64,000 nt of DNA from Bryobacteraceae bacterium (GTDB lineage: Bacteria; Acidobacteriota; Terriglobia; Bryobacterales; Bryobacteraceae). Location of the stretch: NCBI GenBank assembly GCA_050011295.1, contig JBEKJJ010000003.1, positions 14,406 through 78,405 of the forward strand, in the 5' to 3' direction. A model generated the notes under the pieces. It had not been told where the DNA came from and made no database searches. It worked only from the letters and a program-made list of their open reading frames with translations. Made by a program: the position numbers and the translations under genes. This document shows positions 44,274 to 52,474 of the stretch, one piece after another (position 1 is the first letter of the stretch; every line of letters begins with the position of its first letter).

Positions 44274-45580
44274 CGATTACCGACTTCAAGAAGTGGCTCG
44301 CCATCGGGACGGGCATCGGGATCGAGATCAGCGGTGATAGCCTGACGGTCACCGTGGTTCGCGTGCGGCCGTCCGGAGTAAGAGTGCTGGGCGAGTTGGC
44401 GATTACGCGATTCTCCGAACAGCCCGCCAGCGAGTGGGGCGCCACCTACGCAAATTTCTTGAAGAAATTGGGAGTGGCGCATCTTTCGGCCGGGGTGTTG
44501 TTGCCGCGCGATGAAGTGATCGTGCGGCAGATAATGCTTCCGGGCGTTTCGGATAAGGATCTAGCTGCCGCCATCCGATTCGAGATTGATTCACTCAATC
44601 CGTATTCTGAAGAAGAAGCGGTTTTTGACTGGGCGCGGATTGGTAAGAGTTCGTCCATCCTGGTGGGCATCACGCGGCGCGCGGTATTGGAACGCTACGG
44701 CACGCGGTTTGCTGAGGCAGGTGTGAAAGTGGCATCTTTCACTTTTTCGGCGCCGTCCATCTATACCGCGGTGCGGATATTTTCCAATCCGCCTTCCCAG
44801 GGATTTCTGGTATTGGAAGAATCGGGCGATGAGCTGGAGGTTTATGGCGAGAGTCCGGCGCGTCCGATATTTTCAGCGCGGGTAGACCGGTCGGCCGCGA
44901 GCGCGTGTACGCTGGCCATAGCGGAGCTGCGGCTTCCTCCTGAAACTGAACCCGCGGCTCTGCACGACAAACTTCCTCAACCGCTGGCCGCGCCCGCGGA
45001 CTACGATCTTCCTCGTTCTGCGCTGGCCTATGCCACGGCGCTGGCTGGTGCATGCGTGCTGCGCCCCCTGGCCGTGAATCTGCTGCCCCAGGAGCAGCGG
45101 CAATCCACTTCGCGGCTGCGTTTCGTGCCGGCCATCGCGCTCGCGAGCATCGCATTGTTGCTGCTCGGAGCAGTGCTGGCGTATCCGAAATATGCCAACG
45201 GGCAATATCTGGAGCTGTTGCGCGCCCAAATCCACAAGCTGGAACCGCAAGCCCGCAAGGCGGTGGATCTGGACCGGAAAATCGCCATTGCGCGCAATCG
45301 TGCTCAGACCCTGGACACGTTCCGCGCCCGCACCAAAGAGGACTTGGATGGCTTGAGTGAAGTAACCAAACTGCTCGCGCCGCCCACCTGGCTCACTTCG
45401 CTGCAATTATCGCGCGATTCTCTGACGATTTCGGGCGAGGCGGAACAGGCCGCCGCATTACTAAAGGTAATGGACAGCTCTCGACAGTTTCGCGGTTCCG
45501 CGTTTGTGGTTCCGATCGCGCGTGGCCAAAACGGCGACCTGTTCAGCATCCGGGCCGCGCGTCAAGGAGTGGCGCCATGA
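44270..45580 (+). CDS. gspL: GspL-like assembly protein (PilM-like N-domain fused to PilN-like TM/periplasmic domain)
   Basis: N-terminal IGIEISGDSLTVTVVR...VRQIMLPGVSDKDLAAAIRFEIDSLNPY (PilM/GspL cytoplasmic fold). NLLPQEQR, then a TM helix and coiled coil (PilN-like). ATGA overlap with gspK. Confidence 0.75.
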   Translation: MTITDFKKWLAIGTGIGIEISGDSLTVTVVRVRPSGVRVLGELAITRFSEQPASEWGATYANFLKKLGVAHLSAGVLLPRDEVIVRQIMLPGVSDKDLAAAIRFEIDSLNPYSEEEAVFDWARIGKSSSILVGITRRAVLERYGTRFAEAGVKVASFTFSAPSIYTAVRIFSNPPSQGFLVLEESGDELEVYGESPARPIFSARVDRSAASACTLAIAELRLPPETEPAALHDKLPQPLAAPADYDLPRSALAYATALAGACVLRPLAVNLLPQEQRQSTSRLRFVPAIALASIALLLLGAVLAYPKYANGQYLELLRAQIHKLEPQARKAVDLDRKIAIARNRAQTLDTFRARTKEDLDGLSEVTKLLAPPTWLTSLQLSRDSLTISGEAEQAAALLKVMDSSRQFRGSAFVVPIARGQNGDLFSIRAARQGVAP

Positions 45581-46185
45581 CGCTGCAGGATCGCGACAAG
45601 CGGGCATTGTTAATCCTGGCCGTGGTGCTGCCGGTTGCGGCGCTGATCTATTGGGCAAGCGGTTCCTCATCCAGCAGCGTCAGCGGCGTCGGTAAGGTGG
45701 TAGCGCCGGCGGAGACCCCGGAGCGGGACGAAAAGCGCATCGCCATTCTGAGAAAAGCGCTAGCCACCGTGGATGGCAAGGAAGCCGTTCTGAAGCAAGT
45801 TTCGACTGAGCTGGCCGAGCGCGAGAGGGGTTTGATTCCGGGCGACACCGCCGAACAGGCCCAGGCGCAACTGCTGCAGATCATGCGCCGCCTGGCCAAA
45901 GCCCAAATCCCTCCGCTCGACATCCGGCAATCCGAACTGGGGCAGCCGCGATCGTACGGGGAATCTTACGCCAAGGTCACGGTTTCGGTGAGCCTGGACT
46001 GCCGCATTGACGATCTCCTGAATCTGCTGGCGGCCTTGAGCGCGCAGCCAGAGATCATCGCTACCGATGAGATACGCTGCGGGGCGGCGAATCCGAAATC
46101 GAAATCCATGCCGGTACGGTTGACGGTTTCCGGGCTGGTTCCACGCCGGCTGGTTCCGGAAAAGAAGGGAATGCCCGCGCTGTGA
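45577..46185 (+). CDS. gspM: GspM/PilO-like assembly protein
   Basis: 202 aa with a single N-terminal TM helix (ALLILAVVLPVAALIYW), a coiled coil, then a ferredoxin-like domain (VTVSVSLDCRIDDLLNLLAALS). ATGA overlap upstream. Confidence 0.65.
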   Translation: MTLQDRDKRALLILAVVLPVAALIYWASGSSSSSVSGVGKVVAPAETPERDEKRIAILRKALATVDGKEAVLKQVSTELAERERGLIPGDTAEQAQAQLLQIMRRLAKAQIPPLDIRQSELGQPRSYGESYAKVTVSVSLDCRIDDLLNLLAALSAQPEIIATDEIRCGAANPKSKSMPVRLTVSGLVPRRLVPEKKGMPAL

Positions 46186-46925
46186 CACGCAAGCTGATGC
46201 TGCTGGATCTGGCGCTGGCCGCGCTGGTTTGCTTCCTGGTTTTCCAGATGCGCCGCGAGTGGGTGGAAGCGCATGCCCGGGCGCAAGCGTTTTTGTCGCA
46301 AAAGATCATGCCGGTACCGGCCCCGCGTCTGGCTCCGCTGCCTAAAGTTGCGCCGCTGGCGGCTGTTTTGTACGCCGAAGTGGCGCAGTTGGATCTGTTT
46401 TCGAAGGACCGCAATCCGCAGGTGATCATCGACGTGGTGCCGCCGAAAGAGAAGCCTGTTCCGGCGTTTCCGGTGGCGCGTGGGGTTTTATTGTGGCCCG
46501 GCACGCCGGCGGCAGTGGTGCTGAGTGTGCGCAGGGGTGCCCCGCAGAGGGCATACCGCGTGGATGACCAGGCAGGCGATTGGAAAATCGTCTCTGTGGA
46601 CAATCAATACGTCGTCCTGGAATGGGACGGCAAGGAATTCAAGAAACGGATCGACGAGCTGATGGACCGATCCGCGCAAGGGCCAGAAACCGCCCAGGTG
46701 CCGGCAGCGTCAGCCGCCCCGGCCGTCAACGCCGCGCCCAAGCCTCAGGCGCAAAGTTTGTCGGATTCGTCCAAATCGGACCGTTGGATTGAGGTAGGCG
46801 CCACCGATATGAAAGGTTGCAAGCCGGGTGAAGATTCGGCTGTGGGAACCGTGGCGGACGGATTCAAGAAAGTAGTTAGCGCAACACCCTTCGGCAGTGC
46901 CTGCCGTTGGGAGCAGGTGAAATGA
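46182..46925 (+). CDS. GspC/PilP-like secretin-interacting protein (no PDZ)
   Basis: GTG start overlapping the previous stop (GTGA). TM helix LMLLDLALAALVCFLVF, LFSKDRNP motif, and a C-terminal beta domain (VLLWPGTPAAVVLSV...YRVDDQAGDWKIVSVDNQYVVLEWDGKE). Confidence 0.6.
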   Translation: MTRKLMLLDLALAALVCFLVFQMRREWVEAHARAQAFLSQKIMPVPAPRLAPLPKVAPLAAVLYAEVAQLDLFSKDRNPQVIIDVVPPKEKPVPAFPVARGVLLWPGTPAAVVLSVRRGAPQRAYRVDDQAGDWKIVSVDNQYVVLEWDGKEFKKRIDELMDRSAQGPETAQVPAASAAPAVNAAPKPQAQSLSDSSKSDRWIEVGATDMKGCKPGEDSAVGTVADGFKKVVSATPFGSACRWEQVK

Positions 46926-46941
46926 GAGGACAACCGAAATT

Positions 46942-47520
46942 ATGAAGACCATTGCACTGCTCGGGATCTGCGCGGCGCTTGCGCTCGCGATGCAGTCAGA
47001 CGATAAAAAAGCCCAGGACGACAAGAAAGCTGTGGGCTCAAAGGCCCCAACTCCCGCGGCTGCGCCGGCGAAGCCAGTGCATACAGCGGTTGCGGGGTCC
47101 AGCCAGTCAGCAAAACGTAACCTGCATCAGCCCACCAGCGCGCCGGCCGAGGTCAAGCTGACGCCTGAACAGCAAGCTGGGGCTGCTTTGCCAACTGTTC
47201 CTCCTGGAGCGAAGGAAGCGGGCCCCAATTTGTTCCGCTACACCGACCCGCAAGGCAAGCGCTGGATGTACCGCAAGACGCCGTTTGGCGTCAGCAAGTG
47301 GGAAGAAAAACCGGAGGATCAGGAGCCTCACGCGGAAACTCCATCGTCAGTCCAAACGACTGTGACGGATCTGGGCGACAGCGTTCGGTTTCAGCGCCCG
47401 ACACCTTTCGGTCCGCAAACCTGGACCCGGAAAAAGTCGGAAATGACCGATGACGAGAAGGCTGCCTTCGCCACCCGCGACAAGCCGGCCGATGCCGCGA
47501 AACCTCCGGAGCAACACTAA
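46942..47520 (+). CDS. Hypothetical secreted protein with three [DT]P[QF]G...W...K motifs
   Basis: Signal MKTIALLGICAALALA, a low-complexity K/A/P-rich spacer, then the repeats DPQGKRWMYRK, TPFGVSKWEEK, TPFGPQTWTRK. Sits immediately upstream of the secretin gene. Confidence 0.6.
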   Translation: MKTIALLGICAALALAMQSDDKKAQDDKKAVGSKAPTPAAAPAKPVHTAVAGSSQSAKRNLHQPTSAPAEVKLTPEQQAGAALPTVPPGAKEAGPNLFRYTDPQGKRWMYRKTPFGVSKWEEKPEDQEPHAETPSSVQTTVTDLGDSVRFQRPTPFGPQTWTRKKSEMTDDEKAAFATRDKPADAAKPPEQH

Positions 47521-49881
47521 GTGCGCGCCTCTAAGGAACTCGGGCAAAACGGAGCGCGGCGCGGGCCAGTTCCTGGTCCGTTTTGCGGTGCGCGCCGCGC
47601 CCTTTGCGCTTCTTGCTGGTATCGATGTGGGTTGCTGGCGTTAGTCCTGTCGGCCGCCGCCTTTCCGCAGATTCCGAGATCGCATCCCACTCCGGAGGTG
47701 CCACCCGTTAATCCCAACCAGCAGCAACCGGCCCCTTCTTCAACAACTCCACCGGGGCCATTGCCCGCCCTGAGCGGGCCGCCGACAAACTACGGTGGCG
47801 TGAATCTCAATAACGTACAGTTGACGGAAGTCATCGACATGCTGGCCCGCCAGCTGAAGATAAACTACATTCTCGATCCGCGTGTAAAGGGTGGCGTGAT
47901 TCTGAATACCTACGGCGAAACCAAGAACATTGAGCCAAAATCGCTACTCGAAGCCATTCTCCGCATCAACGGCGCCGGCATGGTGAAGGAGGGTGAGCTG
48001 TATCGCATTCTGCCTCTGGCCGATATTTCACATCACGCCCTGAAGCCTGAAAAAGCCACCGATTCCAGCAACGTCCCCGATGACGACCAGATCATGCTGA
48101 ATCTGATGTTTCTCAAGTTTGTCACTTCGAGCGAGCTGATGAAGGTGCTGACGCCCTTCATCGGCGAGAACGCATCCATTTATGAGTACCCGCCCGCCAA
48201 TCTATTGCTGATATTGGACAGCCGGAGGAACATGCGCCGGCTGATGGATCTGGTGGCCATGTTCGACAGCGATCAACTGGCCAATCAACGAGTTCATGTT
48301 TTCGAAGTAAAGAACGGCCGACCTTCGGATCTCGCCAAGGAATTGGAAGCCATTGTCAAATCGATCTCGTTGTCCGAGAAATCGTCCCCCATTAAATTTC
48401 TTCCGATCGACCGCATTAATACCATCATGGCAGTGGCTCCGAATCCTGGAGCGTTCATCGAAGTTGGGAAATGGCTCGATAAGTTGGACGTTCCGGTGAA
48501 ATCGCGCGCGGGGGCTGTCCAAAGCTATGTCTATCGGGTTCGCTACGGCGACGCTCAGTCCATTGGATGTTCCATCAATGCGCTTTACACCCAGTTCGCG
48601 ACACCGGGACAAGCATACGGCGGCGGCATGGCCACTTGCATGGCGCAGAGCGGAATGGGCGGCATGTACGGCGGTGGGATGGGCGGCGGTGGTGGCATGG
48701 GTGGTGGGATGTACGGCGGTGGGATGGGCGGTGGTGGACAATACGGCCAGTATGGCGGTGGCATGTACGGTAGTGGTGGACAATACGGCGGCGGATACGG
48801 TGCGGGCGGGAATTACGGCAGCGGTGCGTACGGCGGTGGCTATCAGCAATATCCTAACGCCACCGGACAAACCGCCAGTGGTGTGACAATACCAGGCGCT
48901 CCAAACGCTCCGGCAACCGGGATCCCTGGCGCGCCCGACCTCACCGGCAATTATCTGGGGAACGCACAGTATCCAGGCGCGATGTTGGCTCACATGCCAC
49001 GCGTGGTGGCAAATCCATTCAACAACACCCTGCTGATCCAGGCCACTCCTCAGGAATACGACAATATTTTGACCCTGCTAAAAGATCTGGATATTCCACC
49101 GCGCCAGGTCTTGATCGAAGCGAAGATATACTCGGTTGACTTGACGCACGCGTTCTCGAGCGACGTCTCCGCCATGCTGCAGCAAATATCCGGAAGCACC
49201 TCGCACAGTTTCCTGGCAAACTTCGGCGCCGGCGTGACTAATCTTTCGGGAGCGGCCCTGGTGGGAAAAAGCCGCGAACTGCTGGCTGCCGTGCAGTTGC
49301 AGGAATCTGAGAGCCGCGCCAAAGTGCTTTCAGCTCCTTCCGTGATTGCCACCGACAGCATCGCGGCCAGCATCAACGTCGGCACGGAGGTTCCCACGCT
49401 TTCGGCGCAGGCCGTGACCGGAGTCCAGTCCGGAGGCAATTCCCTGTTTGCCAACTCCATATCGAATGTGAGTACGGGAGTTACGTTGAATGTACTCGCG
49501 CGCGTGACCCCGACCGGCGTCGTTACCATGGTGATCAATCAGCAAGTGAGCGACCCAACGCCAACTACTACCAGCGGGATTCAATCCCCGTCCTTCGACA
49601 ACAAATCGATTCAGACTCAAATCACAGTACAGGACGGCGACACTATCGCGATTGGGGGCATCATTTCAGAAACCAACACTCTGAATAGCTCCGGCATCCC
49701 GCTGCTGCACCGGATCCCGTATCTGGGCGTGCTCTTCGGGACTCACTCTTATTCCAAATCGCGTTCCGAGCTGATCATATTTATGACTCCCCGGGTGATC
49801 TATGACAGCAACCAGATGTCCGACGCCACCGATGAGCTAAAAAGCCGGCTGAAGGATCTGAAGAAGTCCGTCAAAGAATGA
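47521..49881 (+). CDS. gspD: Secretin GspD/PilQ family with internal Gly/Met/Tyr-rich insert
   Basis: N-domains (VQLTEVIDMLARQLKINYILDP; HVFEVKNGRPSDLAKELEAIV; YRVRYGDAQSI) and the secretin core (VTLNVLARVTPTGVVTM...TVQDGDTIAIGGII...IPYLGVLFG...ELIIFMTPRVI). GTG start directly after the upstream TAA. Confidence 0.9.
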   Translation: MRASKELGQNGARRGPVPGPFCGARRALCASCWYRCGLLALVLSAAAFPQIPRSHPTPEVPPVNPNQQQPAPSSTTPPGPLPALSGPPTNYGGVNLNNVQLTEVIDMLARQLKINYILDPRVKGGVILNTYGETKNIEPKSLLEAILRINGAGMVKEGELYRILPLADISHHALKPEKATDSSNVPDDDQIMLNLMFLKFVTSSELMKVLTPFIGENASIYEYPPANLLLILDSRRNMRRLMDLVAMFDSDQLANQRVHVFEVKNGRPSDLAKELEAIVKSISLSEKSSPIKFLPIDRINTIMAVAPNPGAFIEVGKWLDKLDVPVKSRAGAVQSYVYRVRYGDAQSIGCSINALYTQFATPGQAYGGGMATCMAQSGMGGMYGGGMGGGGGMGGGMYGGGMGGGGQYGQYGGGMYGSGGQYGGGYGAGGNYGSGAYGGGYQQYPNATGQTASGVTIPGAPNAPATGIPGAPDLTGNYLGNAQYPGAMLAHMPRVVANPFNNTLLIQATPQEYDNILTLLKDLDIPPRQVLIEAKIYSVDLTHAFSSDVSAMLQQISGSTSHSFLANFGAGVTNLSGAALVGKSRELLAAVQLQESESRAKVLSAPSVIATDSIAASINVGTEVPTLSAQAVTGVQSGGNSLFANSISNVSTGVTLNVLARVTPTGVVTMVINQQVSDPTPTTTSGIQSPSFDNKSIQTQITVQDGDTIAIGGIISETNTLNSSGIPLLHRIPYLGVLFGTHSYSKSRSELIIFMTPRVIYDSNQMSDATDELKSRLKDLKKSVKE

Positions 49882-50392
49882 CCTTAAGAGGCGTTGCTGG
49901 CGCCCACCCTAGTTTGGGGGTAAGTGGCAGTACGTACCGGTAACACCTTTCTGGACGCCATTCAAGCGCTTGGCTTTACCATTGGCTGTAAAGTATTGAC
50001 TTGACATGGCAAGCTATGGTTAAATCATGTGCTAGGCCGTTTTTGAGTTCGGGAGTAGATTGAATAGTCCAATAGTACTTTACGCTTGACTTACCTTGCG
50101 TAGTAGTGTTATGAATGATTTGACTGCATCCGGACGGTTTGGCGGCATTCATCTTTGACGCATGAATCCCGCGAGCACAGATATTACGAGAAGTTTAAGA
50201 AAACAAGTTGAGCCCAAATGAAGACGATGAAACGAAATCGGGTAGGCAAGGCAGGAAAGGCAGTGCAGAGCCACTTCGCGCCAGGTCTGGTCGGGTGAAA
50301 TTCGAAATCTTCATGACGGTTGTTGACTCGAGGCTCAGGTTGAAGAAGAGAACTTCCATCAATTCAATTTCAATTTTCACAAGGAGAAGGAA

Positions 50393-52321
50393 ATGGCAGA
50401 TTTTCGCAAATGGTTCTTAGCGTTTGCTGTAGTAGCCCTTCTGCTCGGTATGGGCGGCACGGCGAACGCGCAAATTGGCCTGGGGCCTTCGTTTCAATGT
50501 ACTGCAAACGCGGCCACCCCAACAATCGTGCGTGCGGAAGGCTTGACGGAGCTGGTAGGCGATTTGCTCCTGAACTGCAGCGGCGGAACTCCGACACTTT
50601 TGGGTGTGGCGATTCCGTTGTCGAACGTCACGGTTTTTTTGAATACTAACATCACCAGCCGGCTTGTCTCGGGAAATATCTCGGAAGCCACGCTGTTGAT
50701 CGACGATCCGCATCCGGCTGCCCCGATACCGACCAACGCGGTACCGGAGGCTGGTTCGCCCCCGCAGATCCTGGCCACCCCGCAGGGTCTCTCACATGCT
50801 GAAACCGGAACCTTCGCCGGGGTACCCTCCCCGAGTCCCTATCAAACGCAGGCGAACGTGTTTTCCGGGCAGCAGAACAGCGCCAGCTCGATTGTGTTTT
50901 TGGGCGTGCCGATTGACGCGCCTGGAACCACTGGCGTACGCGTGATTCGTGTTACTAACGTTCGCGCCAACGCGTTCCAGCTCGGCGTATCTTCCACGCT
51001 GATTCCGACCCAGATCACGATGTACATCGCGATCAACGGTTCGCAACAGGTCACCATCAACAATCCGACTCAGACCGTGGCTTTGATTCAGATTGGCCTC
51101 ATAGCGAAGGCCACTCCGTTTAATGGGCTACAGTGCACCAGCAACAACCCTGATCTTCTAGGGAGTAGCGTCGCGCCTGACGATAGTGGAGATGTCTTCA
51201 TTACGGTCAAGGAGGGATTTGCTTCATCCTTCAAGAGGCGCAATTACGCCTTGTCCCAAGACACGGCGCATGGTTTGACTTCGCCTACGCCTGAAGATCA
51301 GAACGTGCCGGGTTACCCGTATAACACGGAATCCGGCTTCTATGTGCCTGAGCTATTCACAAGTACTCCGATTGTCGGCTTGGCCGATTTCGGAACGCGC
51401 TTACTGATCCGGTTCAACAATCTAGGAGCCGGCGTGCATATCTTCCTGGCAACTACAGCGCCGCTGCTCAATCCTAGCGGTACTCCGACAACGCCTCCGC
51501 AGCCCTTGGATGGGCACCCCGGATTCGCAACCGGCCAAATCGACTTGGTTTCGGCTGACGTAAATGGTAACTCCGGAGCCGGCTTCACGGCCGTAGCCGG
51601 AACTGGTGGTGTTGCTGAAGTTACTTACAGCGGAACCACTGGCGCTGCCACATACGAAGTTATAAACTCTGATCCGAACGTACCGGAGAGCGCGAGCATC
51701 ACGGTATTTGTCGCGTTTATCTCTAACACCGCGCAGAATCTGCCGGCGCCCGGCGCTGGCACGGTGAACGTGAGTTTTGCACCACTCAGTAACGTGGGCA
51801 CTGCTACCGCCACCGACCCGATTCCACGCTTTGGCGACACTTCCACACCGCTCGCCGCGTTCGACATCAATCTGTGTACCTGCGACTTGCTCTTCCCGTT
51901 CGTGACCAACCAGTCCGGGTTTGACACGGGCATCGCAATCGCGAACACTTCGCTTGACCCATTTGGCACCGGACCGCAACAGGGCACGGTGAAACTCTAC
52001 TACTTCGGCAGCACAGTCGGAGGAGGTGTAGCACCTCCGCCGTTTGTAACTCAAACGGTGCCGGCTGGCCAGGAGCTGATCTTCAACCTGTCGGGTGGTG
52101 GTAACTTCGGAGTGCCGGCGGTGCCGGGCTTCGAGGGTTACATCATCTCGGTAGCCAACTTCCAATACTGTCACGCATTCGCCTTCATCAGCGATGTGGG
52201 TGCGCAGCATGTGGCGGAAGGTTATCTCGCCATCCAGCTGGACCTCCCCTTCAACTTGAACGGGGTTGCTCCTGCCACCAACAGCAGGACAGGTGTCCTC
52301 GGCGAGAACGAAGGTCACTAA
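50393..52321 (+). CDS. Large hypothetical secreted protein (642 aa), candidate T2SS cargo or surface protein
   Basis: Signal MADFRKWFLAFAVVALLLGMGGTANAQ. Strong SD AAGGAGAAGG. Rich in T/S/G/N/V; no domain I can name. Followed by a canonical intrinsic terminator. Confidence 0.8.
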   Translation: MADFRKWFLAFAVVALLLGMGGTANAQIGLGPSFQCTANAATPTIVRAEGLTELVGDLLLNCSGGTPTLLGVAIPLSNVTVFLNTNITSRLVSGNISEATLLIDDPHPAAPIPTNAVPEAGSPPQILATPQGLSHAETGTFAGVPSPSPYQTQANVFSGQQNSASSIVFLGVPIDAPGTTGVRVIRVTNVRANAFQLGVSSTLIPTQITMYIAINGSQQVTINNPTQTVALIQIGLIAKATPFNGLQCTSNNPDLLGSSVAPDDSGDVFITVKEGFASSFKRRNYALSQDTAHGLTSPTPEDQNVPGYPYNTESGFYVPELFTSTPIVGLADFGTRLLIRFNNLGAGVHIFLATTAPLLNPSGTPTTPPQPLDGHPGFATGQIDLVSADVNGNSGAGFTAVAGTGGVAEVTYSGTTGAATYEVINSDPNVPESASITVFVAFISNTAQNLPAPGAGTVNVSFAPLSNVGTATATDPIPRFGDTSTPLAAFDINLCTCDLLFPFVTNQSGFDTGIAIANTSLDPFGTGPQQGTVKLYYFGSTVGGGVAPPPFVTQTVPAGQELIFNLSGGGNFGVPAVPGFEGYIISVANFQYCHAFAFISDVGAQHVAEGYLAIQLDLPFNLNGVAPATNSRTGVLGENEGH

Positions 52322-52349
52322 CCGAAACTGTTGTCGCATTAACCAAAAA

Positions 52350-52377
52350 GGGGGAGCTTCGGCTCCCCCTTTTTTTT
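52350..52377 (+). terminator. Rho-independent terminator
   Basis: GGGGGAGC-TTCG-GCTCCCCC stem-loop (52350-52369) followed by T8 (52370-52377), 29 nt after the stop codon. Confidence 0.9.
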
Positions 52378-52474
52378 GTGGTGTAGGCACTTGACTTTCG
52401 ACACTTTGTGGTACGCTTGTAAAGTTAGTTCCCCGCGTCCCAGCTACATCCTACGGAAAGGTTCTTGTATAAAA

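Noticed and set aside
48202-48993. ORFs on both strands (48202-48993 minus; 48527-48886 and 48567-48773 plus) inside the secretin gene
   Set aside because: They are alternative-frame readings of the GGN-rich repeat DNA that encodes the Gly/Met/Tyr insert, and the secretin frame is continuous with conserved N- and C-domains.
49925-49940. TGGCAG-N5-ACCGG, and the similar TGGTAC-N5-ACCGG at 62463-62478, considered as sigma-54 promoters
   Set aside because: There is a good -24 half but no TTGC/GC at -12. The resemblance comes from the GTAC/ACCGGT palindromes, which are reported separately.
50244-50300. Possible SRP/4.5S-like motif (GGCAAGGCAGGAAAGGCAG ... CCAGGTCTGGTC) in the long leader
   Set aside because: The order and pairing of the conserved helix-8 elements (CCAGGUCAGGUCCGGAAGGAAGCAGCC) are not reproduced on either strand.
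51422-52390. 322-aa minus-strand ORF, and the similar 55049-55864 ORF, opposite the two large secreted-protein genes
   Set aside because: These are antisense shadow ORFs. The plus-strand genes have signal peptides, an SD, a terminator and domain repeats.
52385-52400. Sigma-54-like AGGCAC-N5-TTTCG upstream of the 1183-aa protein gene
   Set aside because: The invariant -12 GC dinucleotide is replaced by TC and the -24 T is missing, so it is not a credible RpoN site.
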